A stretch of 64,000 nt of DNA, from the IMG/VR virus record IMGVR_UViG_3300043399_000272, positions 124,001 through 188,000 of that record; one strand, 5' to 3'. The notes beneath the pieces were generated by a model that was given only the letters and a program-made list of their open reading frames with translations, was not told the origin of the DNA and did not search any database. The stretch's first letter is position 1. Each line of letters begins with the position of its first letter. A program made the translations under genes and the position numbers. Positions 10,690 to 20,771 of this stretch are shown here, one piece after another.

Positions 10690-11883
10690 ATGGCATACAC
10701 AATCATCAAAACTGACGGCAATATTCTAACTACAATCGCCGACGGTACAATCAACACATCCAGTACTTCACTAGGTTTACCTGGCAGAAACTACGCAGGT
10801 TATGGTAACGTTTTAGACACTAATTTTGTTCGTCTACTTGAAAATTTTGCTTTCTCGGATGTTCCTAGCAACCCAATTCGAGGACAGTTGTGGTGTGATA
10901 CAACCACGACTCCACCTGTATTGCGTATGTGTCCTTCAGACGGGGAATTAAACGCTAGCAACTGGGTTGTATTAAGTTCAATTAATAGTGGAAATTCAAA
11001 CTTTGGTAACATTTCAGCATCCGGTACAGCTACCATAGGTGCTAATCTTGGTGTAGCAAATACAATTACTACAGATAACATTGTTGCTAATACTGCAACA
11101 ATCAACGCTAATTTAGCAGTAGCAAATATTTCTGTTACCACTGCTAACTTAGCAAAAATCTTTACAGGTAATGTCAATACTATTTCAGGTAATGCTACAA
11201 TAAACGGTAATTGGACAATTACTAGCTCACCCACATTTAATGCTAACTTGCTATTTGCTAATGCAAACGTAGGTATTAGATGTGACAACTACATGTACGG
11301 AAATGGTCAACCATTCAACCCAGCTGGTACATATAGCAACTCTAACGTAGCTAGCTATATTGTTACATATAACGGTAACGTCGGTGGAGGAACAGCGACA
11401 TTTAGTGGTACAACATTAAGTGCAGGAGCAAACACTACTGCCGGTACTATTACTGGTAACTGGACACTGTCTGCCGGTTCTAGATTGAATTCTACATATG
11501 CTGACTTGGCAGAACGTTTTGAGGCTGATACATACTATGAGCCAGGCACAGTTGTTGAATTAGGTGGCGAAAAAGAAATTACTGTAGCTAAAGAAGAATT
11601 AAGCGAATCGGTATTCGGGGTTATTTCTAACACAGCCGGTTACGTTATGAACGGTATGGCAGGTAGTGACGAAACACACCCACCAGTAGCTGTAACAGGT
11701 CGAGTATTTGTTAAAGTTAAGGGCAAAGTCAAAAAGAATGATAGACTAGTCAGTGCAGGTAAAGGTTATGCTAGAGCCGCACAAAAACACGAAGTAACTC
11801 CATTCAACACTATCGGTCGAGCACTAGCAAACAAAGAAGATTCTGGATTAGGAACTGTAGAAGCCATTGTTATACTTAGATAA
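10690..11883 (+). CDS. Tail fibre/spike protein with C-terminal intramolecular chaperone (peptidase G2/IMC-like) domain
   Basis: Asn-rich beta-helix-like middle; C-terminal YADLAERF...PGTVV..GG...VAVTGRV.VKV.G.V...D.LV...IGRAL. Confidence 0.7.
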   Translation: MAYTIIKTDGNILTTIADGTINTSSTSLGLPGRNYAGYGNVLDTNFVRLLENFAFSDVPSNPIRGQLWCDTTTTPPVLRMCPSDGELNASNWVVLSSINSGNSNFGNISASGTATIGANLGVANTITTDNIVANTATINANLAVANISVTTANLAKIFTGNVNTISGNATINGNWTITSSPTFNANLLFANANVGIRCDNYMYGNGQPFNPAGTYSNSNVASYIVTYNGNVGGGTATFSGTTLSAGANTTAGTITGNWTLSAGSRLNSTYADLAERFEADTYYEPGTVVELGGEKEITVAKEELSESVFGVISNTAGYVMNGMAGSDETHPPVAVTGRVFVKVKGKVKKNDRLVSAGKGYARAAQKHEVTPFNTIGRALANKEDSGLGTVEAIVILR

Positions 11884-11891
11884 GGATTACA

Positions 11892-12848
11892 ATGTACGAT
11901 CAGTATAATCAGGTATTAGCATCCGACTTTAACACGTTTGTTGGTACTGTTAACGGAAACACAGCTAACGCATTAAACACGTTTTGGGGTGTTGGATTCG
12001 GCAACGTAGGATATGGGCAACCACAGGTAAGTCAGATAGAAAGCGGTGGCAAAGTAAATGCTACATCTTGGAGTGGCCTCTTTACCGGCATGACTTCTGC
12101 TAGCGCACATCAAGGCACTTCAATAACTGCATTGCCTACTGTAACTACTGGTTCTAGACTAAATGCCGTTAACACTGTTAGTACTGATTTAACTAGTTGT
12201 TACGCAAACAGATTGAATGCGGTTACGCAGGGCACGACTTCTACGACCGCCGGACAACGCACAACCTCATGGTCAAATGCAGTATCTATTACACATACTG
12301 TTACATTTGAATCCGGTGACAAGGCTAGATACTTTTTTAATTCAGGTGGCCAAATCTCTTTGAACTTTTCACTGTCTGGTGGAACAACTTCAATCTATTC
12401 TTTGTTTCAAACTCTTGCCTCACGTTGCGGAACTATATATCTAAGTGCCCCTACATCAACTAACACAGCTTCTATTGCAGGAACAACATATACTGGTATT
12501 CAGAAAATAGGCGGTAGTGGCACCCCATCTGATTTACTAACATCAAATGGATATTATGCTTTAACTACTACTGACACCTTAGTGTTCAAGCAGTTAGCTG
12601 CTGGGTTGACTCCGTCGGGGTACATTAATTCTTTTATCAGTGTTAGTATGCGATCCAATGGTGTTCAAGGAAGTTACGGAGATGCAGGAAGTATTATAAC
12701 TATTACAACTACGTTTGATGAGGTACCGAATAATTTAGTAGTCGACGGGACTACGACAGTTAATTGCACTATCCGTCCTCCCGAAACAACAAACCTTACC
12801 AATTCATGGGGGTCTGTAATAGTAAATGCTACTACAATAGGATCATAA
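11892..12848 (+). CDS. Virion structural protein, paralog 1 of 3
   Basis: Shares TVTF.SGD.ARYFFN.GGQI, DEVPN.L and the NxWG...GS end with the next two ORFs. Confidence 0.65.
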   Translation: MYDQYNQVLASDFNTFVGTVNGNTANALNTFWGVGFGNVGYGQPQVSQIESGGKVNATSWSGLFTGMTSASAHQGTSITALPTVTTGSRLNAVNTVSTDLTSCYANRLNAVTQGTTSTTAGQRTTSWSNAVSITHTVTFESGDKARYFFNSGGQISLNFSLSGGTTSIYSLFQTLASRCGTIYLSAPTSTNTASIAGTTYTGIQKIGGSGTPSDLLTSNGYYALTTTDTLVFKQLAAGLTPSGYINSFISVSMRSNGVQGSYGDAGSIITITTTFDEVPNNLVVDGTTTVNCTIRPPETTNLTNSWGSVIVNATTIGS

Positions 12849-12849
12849 T

Positions 12850-13788
12850 ATGACATACAGCGCAAATAGTCTAATAGAAGCAACTGATTACAACACATTA
12901 GTTGGTGCATATAATACATTATGGGGTACGGGTTTGGGGAGTACAGGTTTAGGACAAACTACAACTCTAAGCGAAGTCCTACAAGAATCTAGTGTATTAA
13001 ACACCGAATGGAAAAATTTAGCCGCAGGCATAACTAATTTAGGTGTATTTCAGGGCAGTGTTGTAGCCTCTTTACCTGCTTTTAATAAAGGTGACTTAAT
13101 TGCCTATGTAGCTGGACTACAGACTAGTTTAACTACGTTGAATGCAAACAAGGGAAGCGCCGCAGAACAGGGGACTATGATAGTTAATTCAACTGAGACT
13201 ACTTCGTCTTGGTCAAATAGTTTAACTTTCACTCAAACTGTTACATTTGCATCCGGTGATTCTGCTCGTTACTTCTTTAATGCAGGTGGTCAAATAGTAA
13301 TACAGCCTAGTATGGTCAATAGCAATCAAGCAACTGGCTCTGTCTTTTTCAATCGTTTAGCAACACAATGTGGGTCTTGGGTAATTAGTGGTCTAGGTGG
13401 AAAGATTGTAGGTACTACCTATACACCATTTACTAAACTAGGTGGCAGATCAAACGTATCACCTAGCAACATAAACACGACTTTGGGTTATTATAATCTA
13501 ACTACAAATTATCAAGAAGCAGTTAAAATATTCAGCGATGATACATTTGGCGGCGCCTATAGTTCTGGATCATATATTAATTTAAGTATTAAAACTGATG
13601 GTCCAGATGGCATCAATAATGACAACGGTAGTACATTGACATTCAGAATAGTGTTTGATGAAGTTCCCAATGGCTTAACTGTTTCAGGAACTACAAAAGT
13701 TTCTTGCTTTGTAAAACCACCTAGAAATTTATATATTAGGAATACCTGGGGAAATATTTCTTTTGCAGGAACAGTAACCGGCAGCTAA
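12850..13788 (+). CDS. Virion structural protein, paralog 2 of 3
   Basis: Same ARYFFNAGGQI and DEVPNGL motifs. Confidence 0.65.
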   Translation: MTYSANSLIEATDYNTLVGAYNTLWGTGLGSTGLGQTTTLSEVLQESSVLNTEWKNLAAGITNLGVFQGSVVASLPAFNKGDLIAYVAGLQTSLTTLNANKGSAAEQGTMIVNSTETTSSWSNSLTFTQTVTFASGDSARYFFNAGGQIVIQPSMVNSNQATGSVFFNRLATQCGSWVISGLGGKIVGTTYTPFTKLGGRSNVSPSNINTTLGYYNLTTNYQEAVKIFSDDTFGGAYSSGSYINLSIKTDGPDGINNDNGSTLTFRIVFDEVPNGLTVSGTTKVSCFVKPPRNLYIRNTWGNISFAGTVTGS

Positions 13789-13791
13789 TTT

Positions 13792-14745
13792 ATGACATAC
13801 GCTAAAAACAGTAAAATTACAGCCGCTGACTACAACAGTTTGGTTTTAGATGTAAACAAAGTCTATTCAGTGGGTTTTGCTGAGACCGGTTTAGGTCAAA
13901 CTGCATTGACTCAAATCAGTGAGGGCAACACGGTTGATAATACTGAATGGGATAATCTAGGAGATACAATAACTAAAGTAGCGGCACACCAGGGCACCGC
14001 TATAACTACTATACCCTCAATAAATGAAGGTGATCTTATACAATATCTGTCATCGATAGAAAATGGCAAGAATGCAATTCTTAACAAGAATTGGAAAGCA
14101 GCAGCGCAAGGTTCTACAACTACTGTAACGACCCCGTTTTCTTCTAGTTGGAGTAATTCATTAACGTTTACACACATAATAACCTTTGCTTCAGGTGACG
14201 CTGCACGTTATTTTTTCAATGCCGGCGGACAAATCGCAATGAGCTTTCAAAAAAATGGCTCTGCACCAATGGATATAGTTTGGCAAAATTTAATATCTAA
14301 AATGGGTACATTAGTAATTAGTGCAGGTGCAAAAACAGGTAGTCCAACAGCAACTGTTGCGGGCACCGCATATACTGGATTTACGCAAATTAGTAGTTCT
14401 TCTATTAAAACCCTAGGTAGATCAGTGTACCAAACCGATTACGGATATTTTAGATTATCATCAGTTGATTCTGTTTTATATTCACAAACTGCACAAACCA
14501 CTACAGCTACTACTGGATACGGTGTTTCCTACATTAAAGTAAGTGCAAAGGCTAACGGACCTAGAGGAATTAACGGCGACAACGGTTCTACTATTACTAT
14601 CACTACAATTTGGGATGAAGTCCCCAATGGCTTAGTAGCATCTGCAGGTACGTTTACTACTGTCACTATCAGACCTCCTAGCACAGCTAACATAAATAAT
14701 ACTTGGGGAATGGTTACTGTATCTGGATTCGTTACCGGCTCATAA
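13792..14745 (+). CDS. Virion structural protein, paralog 3 of 3
   Basis: Same ARYFFNAGGQI and DEVPNGL motifs. Confidence 0.65.
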   Translation: MTYAKNSKITAADYNSLVLDVNKVYSVGFAETGLGQTALTQISEGNTVDNTEWDNLGDTITKVAAHQGTAITTIPSINEGDLIQYLSSIENGKNAILNKNWKAAAQGSTTTVTTPFSSSWSNSLTFTHIITFASGDAARYFFNAGGQIAMSFQKNGSAPMDIVWQNLISKMGTLVISAGAKTGSPTATVAGTAYTGFTQISSSSIKTLGRSVYQTDYGYFRLSSVDSVLYSQTAQTTTATTGYGVSYIKVSAKANGPRGINGDNGSTITITTIWDEVPNGLVASAGTFTTVTIRPPSTANINNTWGMVTVSGFVTGS

Positions 14746-14769
14746 AATTTTCACCCAACACTTCTTCAG

Positions 14770-14775
14770 TAAATA
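14770..14775 (+). promoter_or_regulatory. T4-late-like promoter core TAAATA (representative; also 9882, 28068, 29628, 29707, 32133, 36610, 37409, 50604, 51794, 53724, 54006, 56515 on +; 31124-31129 and 51779-51784 on -)
   Basis: The hexamer recurs in short intergenic gaps before structural/late genes and resembles T4 TATAAATA. Confidence 0.7.
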
Positions 14776-14780
14776 TTCAG

Positions 14781-15086
14781 ATGAATACTGAAGATTTGAT
14801 AAAAGAAGCCAAAGCCAGGTTTCATCACAACTACCAAAAAATACAATTATCACAAAAATACAATAGTAAATTGTTGTTCGCCTCTCAGGGCGGACTTTGG
14901 GCAGCAGGCCCAGAATTATTTGGAACACTACATTGTCTAACATCAGATGAAGTTGTGTTATTAGATAACTATAAAAATCCAGTGAAAATAAAACGAGATG
15001 AATTGCGTGTAAAAGCAATCGAAGTTTATGAAGCTGTCATGCGAGAGTGGCATGCTGAATATGAGTCATTGAAGAATAATAGATGA
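14781..15086 (+). CDS. Hypothetical protein (start revised to ATG 14781)
   Basis: MNTEDLIKEAKARF... lies 5 nt after TAAATA; ATGA overlap with the next gene. Confidence 0.6.
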   Translation: MNTEDLIKEAKARFHHNYQKIQLSQKYNSKLLFASQGGLWAAGPELFGTLHCLTSDEVVLLDNYKNPVKIKRDELRVKAIEVYEAVMREWHAEYESLKNNR

Positions 15087-15862
15087 AGGGCGTTCTCCTT
15101 TTTGCATTTAATAGTCCTACCGTAGACTATTTTAGTTTAGCTGTATATACTGCAAAACGAGCCAATCGATTTTTGGGCTTACCTGTATCGGTAGTTACAG
15201 ATAAAAATACTGATTTATCACTGTATGACTATAAGTTTGATAACGTGTTTTTAGTTAGCTCAGACTCTACCAATACAAAGAATAAAGACATTTGGATAAA
15301 CAAAGGTAGATACCAAGCATATGACCTTTCCCCATATGATGAAACGTTACTAATTGATGTAGATTACCTAATAAACTCTGACAGACTATTAACTATATTT
15401 GATATATACGATGATTTCATGTGTCCCAAAGAAGCATCATATGTTTTGTATGAAAATCAACCAGATGAAATGTTAAGTCAAAAATCACATCAGTCGTTGT
15501 GGGCTACTGTCATTGCTTTTAAGAAAACTAAAAAAGTAAAACAAATTTTTGAATGCATGAAAATGGTTCAAGAAAACTATAGCTACTATGTACAGCTACA
15601 TAATATTTTAGGATACACGTACAGAAATGATTTTGCATTAACAATTGCATTGAATATTGTTAATGGTCAAACAGAAAATTCTGTAAATTATCTGCCTTGG
15701 GATTTGCTTCACGTGACAAAGGATGTAAAAATTCTTAGAAAAACAGATACATCTTATGTTGCAATAGAAGATATGACCGATAAAAAGCGTTATTGTATGT
15801 TGAACGATACTGACTTTCATTGCCTAAATAAAGATACTTTCATTGGACTAATTAATGAATAA
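15083..15862 (+). CDS. Nucleotide-diphospho-sugar transferase (GT-A)-like protein
   Basis: KGVLLFAFN start; SPYDETLLIDVDY DxD motif; RNDFA. Confidence 0.6.
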   Translation: MKGVLLFAFNSPTVDYFSLAVYTAKRANRFLGLPVSVVTDKNTDLSLYDYKFDNVFLVSSDSTNTKNKDIWINKGRYQAYDLSPYDETLLIDVDYLINSDRLLTIFDIYDDFMCPKEASYVLYENQPDEMLSQKSHQSLWATVIAFKKTKKVKQIFECMKMVQENYSYYVQLHNILGYTYRNDFALTIALNIVNGQTENSVNYLPWDLLHVTKDVKILRKTDTSYVAIEDMTDKKRYCMLNDTDFHCLNKDTFIGLINE

Positions 15863-16667
15863 AGGATTTGTAATCTTAGCCCAAAATACAATTAGCACTA
15901 ACTACGTTGAATGTGCTGAGGCTTTAGCCTATTCGATTAAAACAGTAATGCCTAACGTAAGTGTTACTTTAATATCTAACGAGCATGTTACTTCTACTGT
16001 GTTTGATAATATAGTTTCATTACCTCACGGTGATACTGTACCTAACTCTGAATGGAAACTAAGCAATGACTGGCAAGTGTACGAAGCAAGCCCCTACGAA
16101 TACACTATCAAACTGGAAGCTGACATGTATATTCCTGCGAATATTGAATACTGGTTTGATATATTAAAAGATAGAGATATAAACGTATCTTCGACTATAC
16201 GTGATTACAAAAATCAACAGTCTAACGTGAGAGTATACCGACAATTCATTGATGATAACAAACTACCCGATGTTTATAACGCCATCACGTACTTTCGTAA
16301 ATCAGATATTGCTAAACAATTCTTTTCAATTGTAAGAGATGTGTTTGAAAATTGGGACAAGTACAAAGAAATATTTGTATGTAACGCTGATGAAACCGCG
16401 ACTACAGATTGGGCATATAGTATAGCATGCCATATTTTAGGTGTAGAAAACACGACAATGCCTCGCTTCACAGAGTTCAGCATGATTCACATGAAGCAAT
16501 ACATTAACAACTTGATGACCGAAGACTGGACAAATGAATTAGTCTATGAGTTCACTAAACCATTAAGAATTCACACGTTTACTCCTAATTACCCAGTTCA
16601 TTATCATATTAAATCATTTGGGAAAAAATTAAAGGACAATTATGACAGAAATGCGTCTTTACTATGA
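15855..16667 (+). CDS. GT-A glycosyltransferase-like protein (paralog of preceding)
   Basis: KGFVILAQN; SPYEYTIKLEADM (ExD); TTD; HYH at the C-terminus. Confidence 0.6.
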   Translation: MNKGFVILAQNTISTNYVECAEALAYSIKTVMPNVSVTLISNEHVTSTVFDNIVSLPHGDTVPNSEWKLSNDWQVYEASPYEYTIKLEADMYIPANIEYWFDILKDRDINVSSTIRDYKNQQSNVRVYRQFIDDNKLPDVYNAITYFRKSDIAKQFFSIVRDVFENWDKYKEIFVCNADETATTDWAYSIACHILGVENTTMPRFTEFSMIHMKQYINNLMTEDWTNELVYEFTKPLRIHTFTPNYPVHYHIKSFGKKLKDNYDRNASLL

Positions 16668-16941
16668 TGACAACGGTAACGTTTTGTATTATACTTGTGA
16701 TAAACCTGAGGGTAATTTTATTGTCATTGATAAAGATGTTTATGCCGAATGCAGATTTGACATAAAAGTAGTAGACGGTAAGATAGTCAAACTACAAGAT
16801 AGCATTGTTGTTGAAAAAATGACAATTGATCCTGATGGTACTTTGTGTAGCAGTGACGACATTAATATTATAGTCGATAGTAGCTACACTGGTAAAACAA
16901 CCAAGTGGAAATTAAAACAATATGAGTTCAAAAATAATTGA
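16642..16941 (+). CDS. Hypothetical protein
   Basis: ORF overlapping both neighbours within the operon. Confidence 0.55.
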   Translation: MTEMRLYYDDNGNVLYYTCDKPEGNFIVIDKDVYAECRFDIKVVDGKIVKLQDSIVVEKMTIDPDGTLCSSDDINIIVDSSYTGKTTKWKLKQYEFKNN

Positions 16942-17869
16942 TATAGCAGATTTAGATTGTATCTATCTAAGCTACGATGAACCGCAGAAAGAAGAATTTT
17001 GGCTTAAAATCAAAAACATGATTCCATGGGCACGTAGAGTAGACGGTGTGAAAGGATCAGATGCCGCACACAAAGCAGCAGCCGAAGAAAGTTTTACAGA
17101 TAGATTCATTCTTATTGACGGTGATAACTTACCGGATATGGAGTTTTTCAACTTAGCGTTAGACTTCACTAACAAAGACCCTATATATGAACAAGCACAA
17201 TATAGATGGAGAGCAAAGAATCACATTAATGGTTTACGTTACGGTAACGGTGGTATTAGTTCATGGACAAAAGAATACGTCATGAACATGAAAACTCACG
17301 AAGCTAGTAACGGAGATAGTACAACGACAGTTGACTTTTGCTTAGACTATCAGAACAGTATATATTGGGCAATGCATGATTGTTATTCAACAACCTATCC
17401 TAATTACACACCATTTCAAGCATGGCGAGCCGGATTCCGTGAAGGTGTTAAGATGTGTTTAGTGGGAGGTAATGTTCCTGAAATAAATGATTTCAAACGC
17501 AATGTTGCAAGTAGAAATATGAACAATCTAACAATATGGCATAATGTAGGAGCTGACGTTGAAAATGGTTTATGGGCTATTTACGGAGCTAGATTAGGCA
17601 CATACTTAACGATGTTGCAAGATTGGGATGTTAACAAAGTACAATGGTTTGATAACTTTACTGAACTATGGGACCGATATGGCAATGTAGATCCACTAGA
17701 ACAGTCTGATATTATCGGTGAAAAATTAAAAGACAAACTTGGATTACCGATGTGTGTATTGTCACCAGAACAGTCTATTTTCTTCAAAAGACACTATAAT
17801 GCCGATAAGTATAATCTCGGACCATTAGTAAGAGAAATCGATGTTATTAGAAAGATTGAGGGTTGGTAA
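16922..17869 (+). CDS. Glycosyltransferase-like protein
   Basis: DCIYLSYDEP...VDGVKGSDAAHKAAA...FILIDGDN (DxD)...AWRAGFREGVK; homologous to the C-terminus of 25631-27964. Confidence 0.6.
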   Translation: MSSKIIDIADLDCIYLSYDEPQKEEFWLKIKNMIPWARRVDGVKGSDAAHKAAAEESFTDRFILIDGDNLPDMEFFNLALDFTNKDPIYEQAQYRWRAKNHINGLRYGNGGISSWTKEYVMNMKTHEASNGDSTTTVDFCLDYQNSIYWAMHDCYSTTYPNYTPFQAWRAGFREGVKMCLVGGNVPEINDFKRNVASRNMNNLTIWHNVGADVENGLWAIYGARLGTYLTMLQDWDVNKVQWFDNFTELWDRYGNVDPLEQSDIIGEKLKDKLGLPMCVLSPEQSIFFKRHYNADKYNLGPLVREIDVIRKIEGW

Positions 17870-19251
17870 TGACAAAGAACCTAAATCAAATGAACATAGA
17901 AAATATGTTGACCAGAATGACTGAGATAGAGAGCAAACTTGGCAGCAAAACTGTATGTACTGCAAAATGGTTACAAAGTACAATTTATCTAATGAACGGG
18001 TTTACTCACAGTTGTCACCACCCCAGCACACATAAAATACCTATTAGCGAAATAAAAAGAAGTCCTAGCGCACTACACAACACGGAATATAAAAAACAAG
18101 TTCGCGGCAAAATGCTCAACGGTGAACAACCGGATGAATGCAGATATTGCTGGAATATCGAAAACTTGGGTACCGGTAACATAAGTGATAGGACGTACAA
18201 GAGTGCAAACGTTGAATGGAGTTACTCGTTTTTAGATAGAGTTATAGATACACAAGACACAGGAGATGTAGACCCTACCTATCTTGAAGTTGCTTTTGAT
18301 AACACTTGTAATTTTAAATGCATGTATTGTACTCCTGACATTAGCAGCAAATGGATGGAAGAAATAGAACAGCATGGCCCATATTCAGTTGGGGTAGGTA
18401 ATATTGAATGGTTGCAACTTTCTGGAAAGATGCCAATTCCTCAAAGAGAATATAATCCATACGTTGACGCATTTCACGAATGGTTTCCTAAAGTTAAAGA
18501 AAACTTAACCAATTTTAGAATTACTGGTGGTGAGCCACTGTTGAGCAAAAACATGTGGCGCACATTAGACGAATTACTAAAAGAACCTAACCCTAATTTG
18601 ACGTTGGGCATTAATAGTAATATGGATGTTCCTGACAATTTAATCGATAAGTTAATTCAGTATATTCATGAACTGAAGAAAAATGTTAAACAAGTCGAAA
18701 TTTATACTAGTTGCGAAGCACACGGTGAGCAAGCTGAATATATTCGTTATGGTATGAAGTATGAACGTTTTATGGAAAACGTCAATAAGATTTTGACACA
18801 AACTGACACCCGAGTTAATTTTATGGTTACATTCAATGCATTGAGTATAACTAGCTTTACTAAGTTTTTAAGTGACATGTATGATTTGCGAGTAAAATAT
18901 AACGAAAATGATAGTATCAATCGAATTCCATTAATGATTAGTTACTTGCGTTGGCCACAGTTCCAAGATGTTAGAGTATTGCCTAATGAAATTAAACAGC
19001 GTTACATTGATGAAATCATAACTTTTATGAAACAACGGGATCGTAACAACAGTAGCAACCGTGCTGGGAGATTTTATTTGGAAGAAATAGATCAAGCCGA
19101 AAGATTGAAAAATTTTATGTATACTGATCCGGATAATATAGATACGTTGCGTGAACAATTTAGAAGTTTCTATAAAGAATATGATTCCAGAAAAAACACA
19201 AACTTTATAAAAACTTTCCCAGAATTAAAAGATTTTTACTTAGGATTATAA
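17869..19251 (+). CDS. Radical SAM protein with N-terminal Twitch/SPASM-like Cys cluster
   Basis: CNFKCMYC, TGGEP; N-terminal CTAKW..SCHH..ECRYCW; TAATG-coupled start. Confidence 0.9.
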   Translation: MTKNLNQMNIENMLTRMTEIESKLGSKTVCTAKWLQSTIYLMNGFTHSCHHPSTHKIPISEIKRSPSALHNTEYKKQVRGKMLNGEQPDECRYCWNIENLGTGNISDRTYKSANVEWSYSFLDRVIDTQDTGDVDPTYLEVAFDNTCNFKCMYCTPDISSKWMEEIEQHGPYSVGVGNIEWLQLSGKMPIPQREYNPYVDAFHEWFPKVKENLTNFRITGGEPLLSKNMWRTLDELLKEPNPNLTLGINSNMDVPDNLIDKLIQYIHELKKNVKQVEIYTSCEAHGEQAEYIRYGMKYERFMENVNKILTQTDTRVNFMVTFNALSITSFTKFLSDMYDLRVKYNENDSINRIPLMISYLRWPQFQDVRVLPNEIKQRYIDEIITFMKQRDRNNSSNRAGRFYLEEIDQAERLKNFMYTDPDNIDTLREQFRSFYKEYDSRKNTNFIKTFPELKDFYLGL

Positions 19252-20771
19252 TGCCAAAGAAGCCAGAAGAAACATACCAACAATATAGAGATAGAGTAAT
19301 CAACTCTATAAGCCCTAGCTTCTGCGGAGCTAAGTGGTACAATGCTACTATATGGTTAGGATCTGGAACAACTGCTAGTTGCCATCATCCACCTGCACAC
19401 AAAATTCCTATTGAAGAAATTAAGAGAAACTACAAAGCACTTCATAATACAGAATATAAAAAACTCGTTAGAGAACAGATGCTCAGAGGTGAAAGACCCA
19501 CAGAGTGTGATTACTGCTGGCGTATTGAGGATTTGGGCGACGATAAAGTTAGCGATAGAGTTTACAAATCAATTATATATTCTGATGACAAGTTAATAAA
19601 AGCAAAAGACATATTTGGTAGTAAATTAGATGTTGATTTGGAAACACTAGAAATTGCGTTTGATGCTAATTGTAACTTTGCATGTAGCTATTGCAATCCT
19701 AGTTTCAGCACAACATGGATGAGTGATGTTAAAGTCAATGGCCCTTATCAGAATTTAGTTAGTGACGGTGGCGGTGCGTACCAACAAGACGGTAGCTGGG
19801 CACAACCGTATGGATTAAAGAATGAAGGTAATCCATACATTGAAGCATTTTGGAAATGGTGGGAAAGCGACCTACAACATTCACTAAAAGAATTGAGAAT
19901 TACAGGTGGCGAAGCCACTATGAGTCAAGACTTTTGGAAGTTGCTAGATTGGTGGAACGAACATCCAGAGTGCCAGGTAAGTTTAGCCATTAACAGCAAC
20001 TTGGGAACAGTTACACAATTAACAGAAAGATTGTGCAAAGCTACCCATAGTCATAAAAACTTCCATTTATATACAAGTAACGAAGCACACGGAAAACATG
20101 CCGAATACATTCGTGACGGATTGAACTATGAAAATTGGTTAAAGAATCTAACATACATGATAGAAAATGGTAACTGCAAAGGTACGCATGTTATGATGAC
20201 TATTAATAGTCTTTGTTTGTTTAGCATTACTGATTTTATGGATGACATGATTAAACTCAAGAAAAAGTATGGAAGGAATCATGCTATGATGAGTTTTAAC
20301 ATTCTACGTTTCCCTAGTTTTATGAGTGCAGTTACATTACCTGAATCTATATGCAGAGCACAAGCTGATAAATTGGAAACATGGGTTAAAGATAAAACTG
20401 ACCTACACCAAATGGAGCGTGACGGAATCGCTAGACTAATTGCATATCTTAGAGAAGTACGTGAGGGTCACAGCCATACATCAAGTATTGAAAGTAGAGA
20501 ACGTGACTTTAAAACTTTCTTTATGCAATATGACACTAGAAGAAAGAAAAACTTTTTAGCAACATTTCCTGAATTAACTGAGTGGTATAACAATATACCT
20601 ATCACTAAACTAGAACCACTTAAAGAGTTCAAAGACGGTGATAGTACAAAGGGCTGGTCTCATGTGCAATTAGAGTTAGTCAAAAGAGCAAATGACGAAA
20701 AGTGGATATTAAAACCTAGTAATGTAAATCCAGGTGGAGAAAACTATGAGCGACCAAAAGAAGGTATCTGA
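19251..20771 (+). CDS. Radical SAM protein with Twitch/SPASM-like domain
   Basis: CNFACSYC, TGGEA; CGAKW..SCHH..ECDYCW. Confidence 0.9.
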   Translation: MPKKPEETYQQYRDRVINSISPSFCGAKWYNATIWLGSGTTASCHHPPAHKIPIEEIKRNYKALHNTEYKKLVREQMLRGERPTECDYCWRIEDLGDDKVSDRVYKSIIYSDDKLIKAKDIFGSKLDVDLETLEIAFDANCNFACSYCNPSFSTTWMSDVKVNGPYQNLVSDGGGAYQQDGSWAQPYGLKNEGNPYIEAFWKWWESDLQHSLKELRITGGEATMSQDFWKLLDWWNEHPECQVSLAINSNLGTVTQLTERLCKATHSHKNFHLYTSNEAHGKHAEYIRDGLNYENWLKNLTYMIENGNCKGTHVMMTINSLCLFSITDFMDDMIKLKKKYGRNHAMMSFNILRFPSFMSAVTLPESICRAQADKLETWVKDKTDLHQMERDGIARLIAYLREVREGHSHTSSIESRERDFKTFFMQYDTRRKKNFLATFPELTEWYNNIPITKLEPLKEFKDGDSTKGWSHVQLELVKRANDEKWILKPSNVNPGGENYERPKEGI

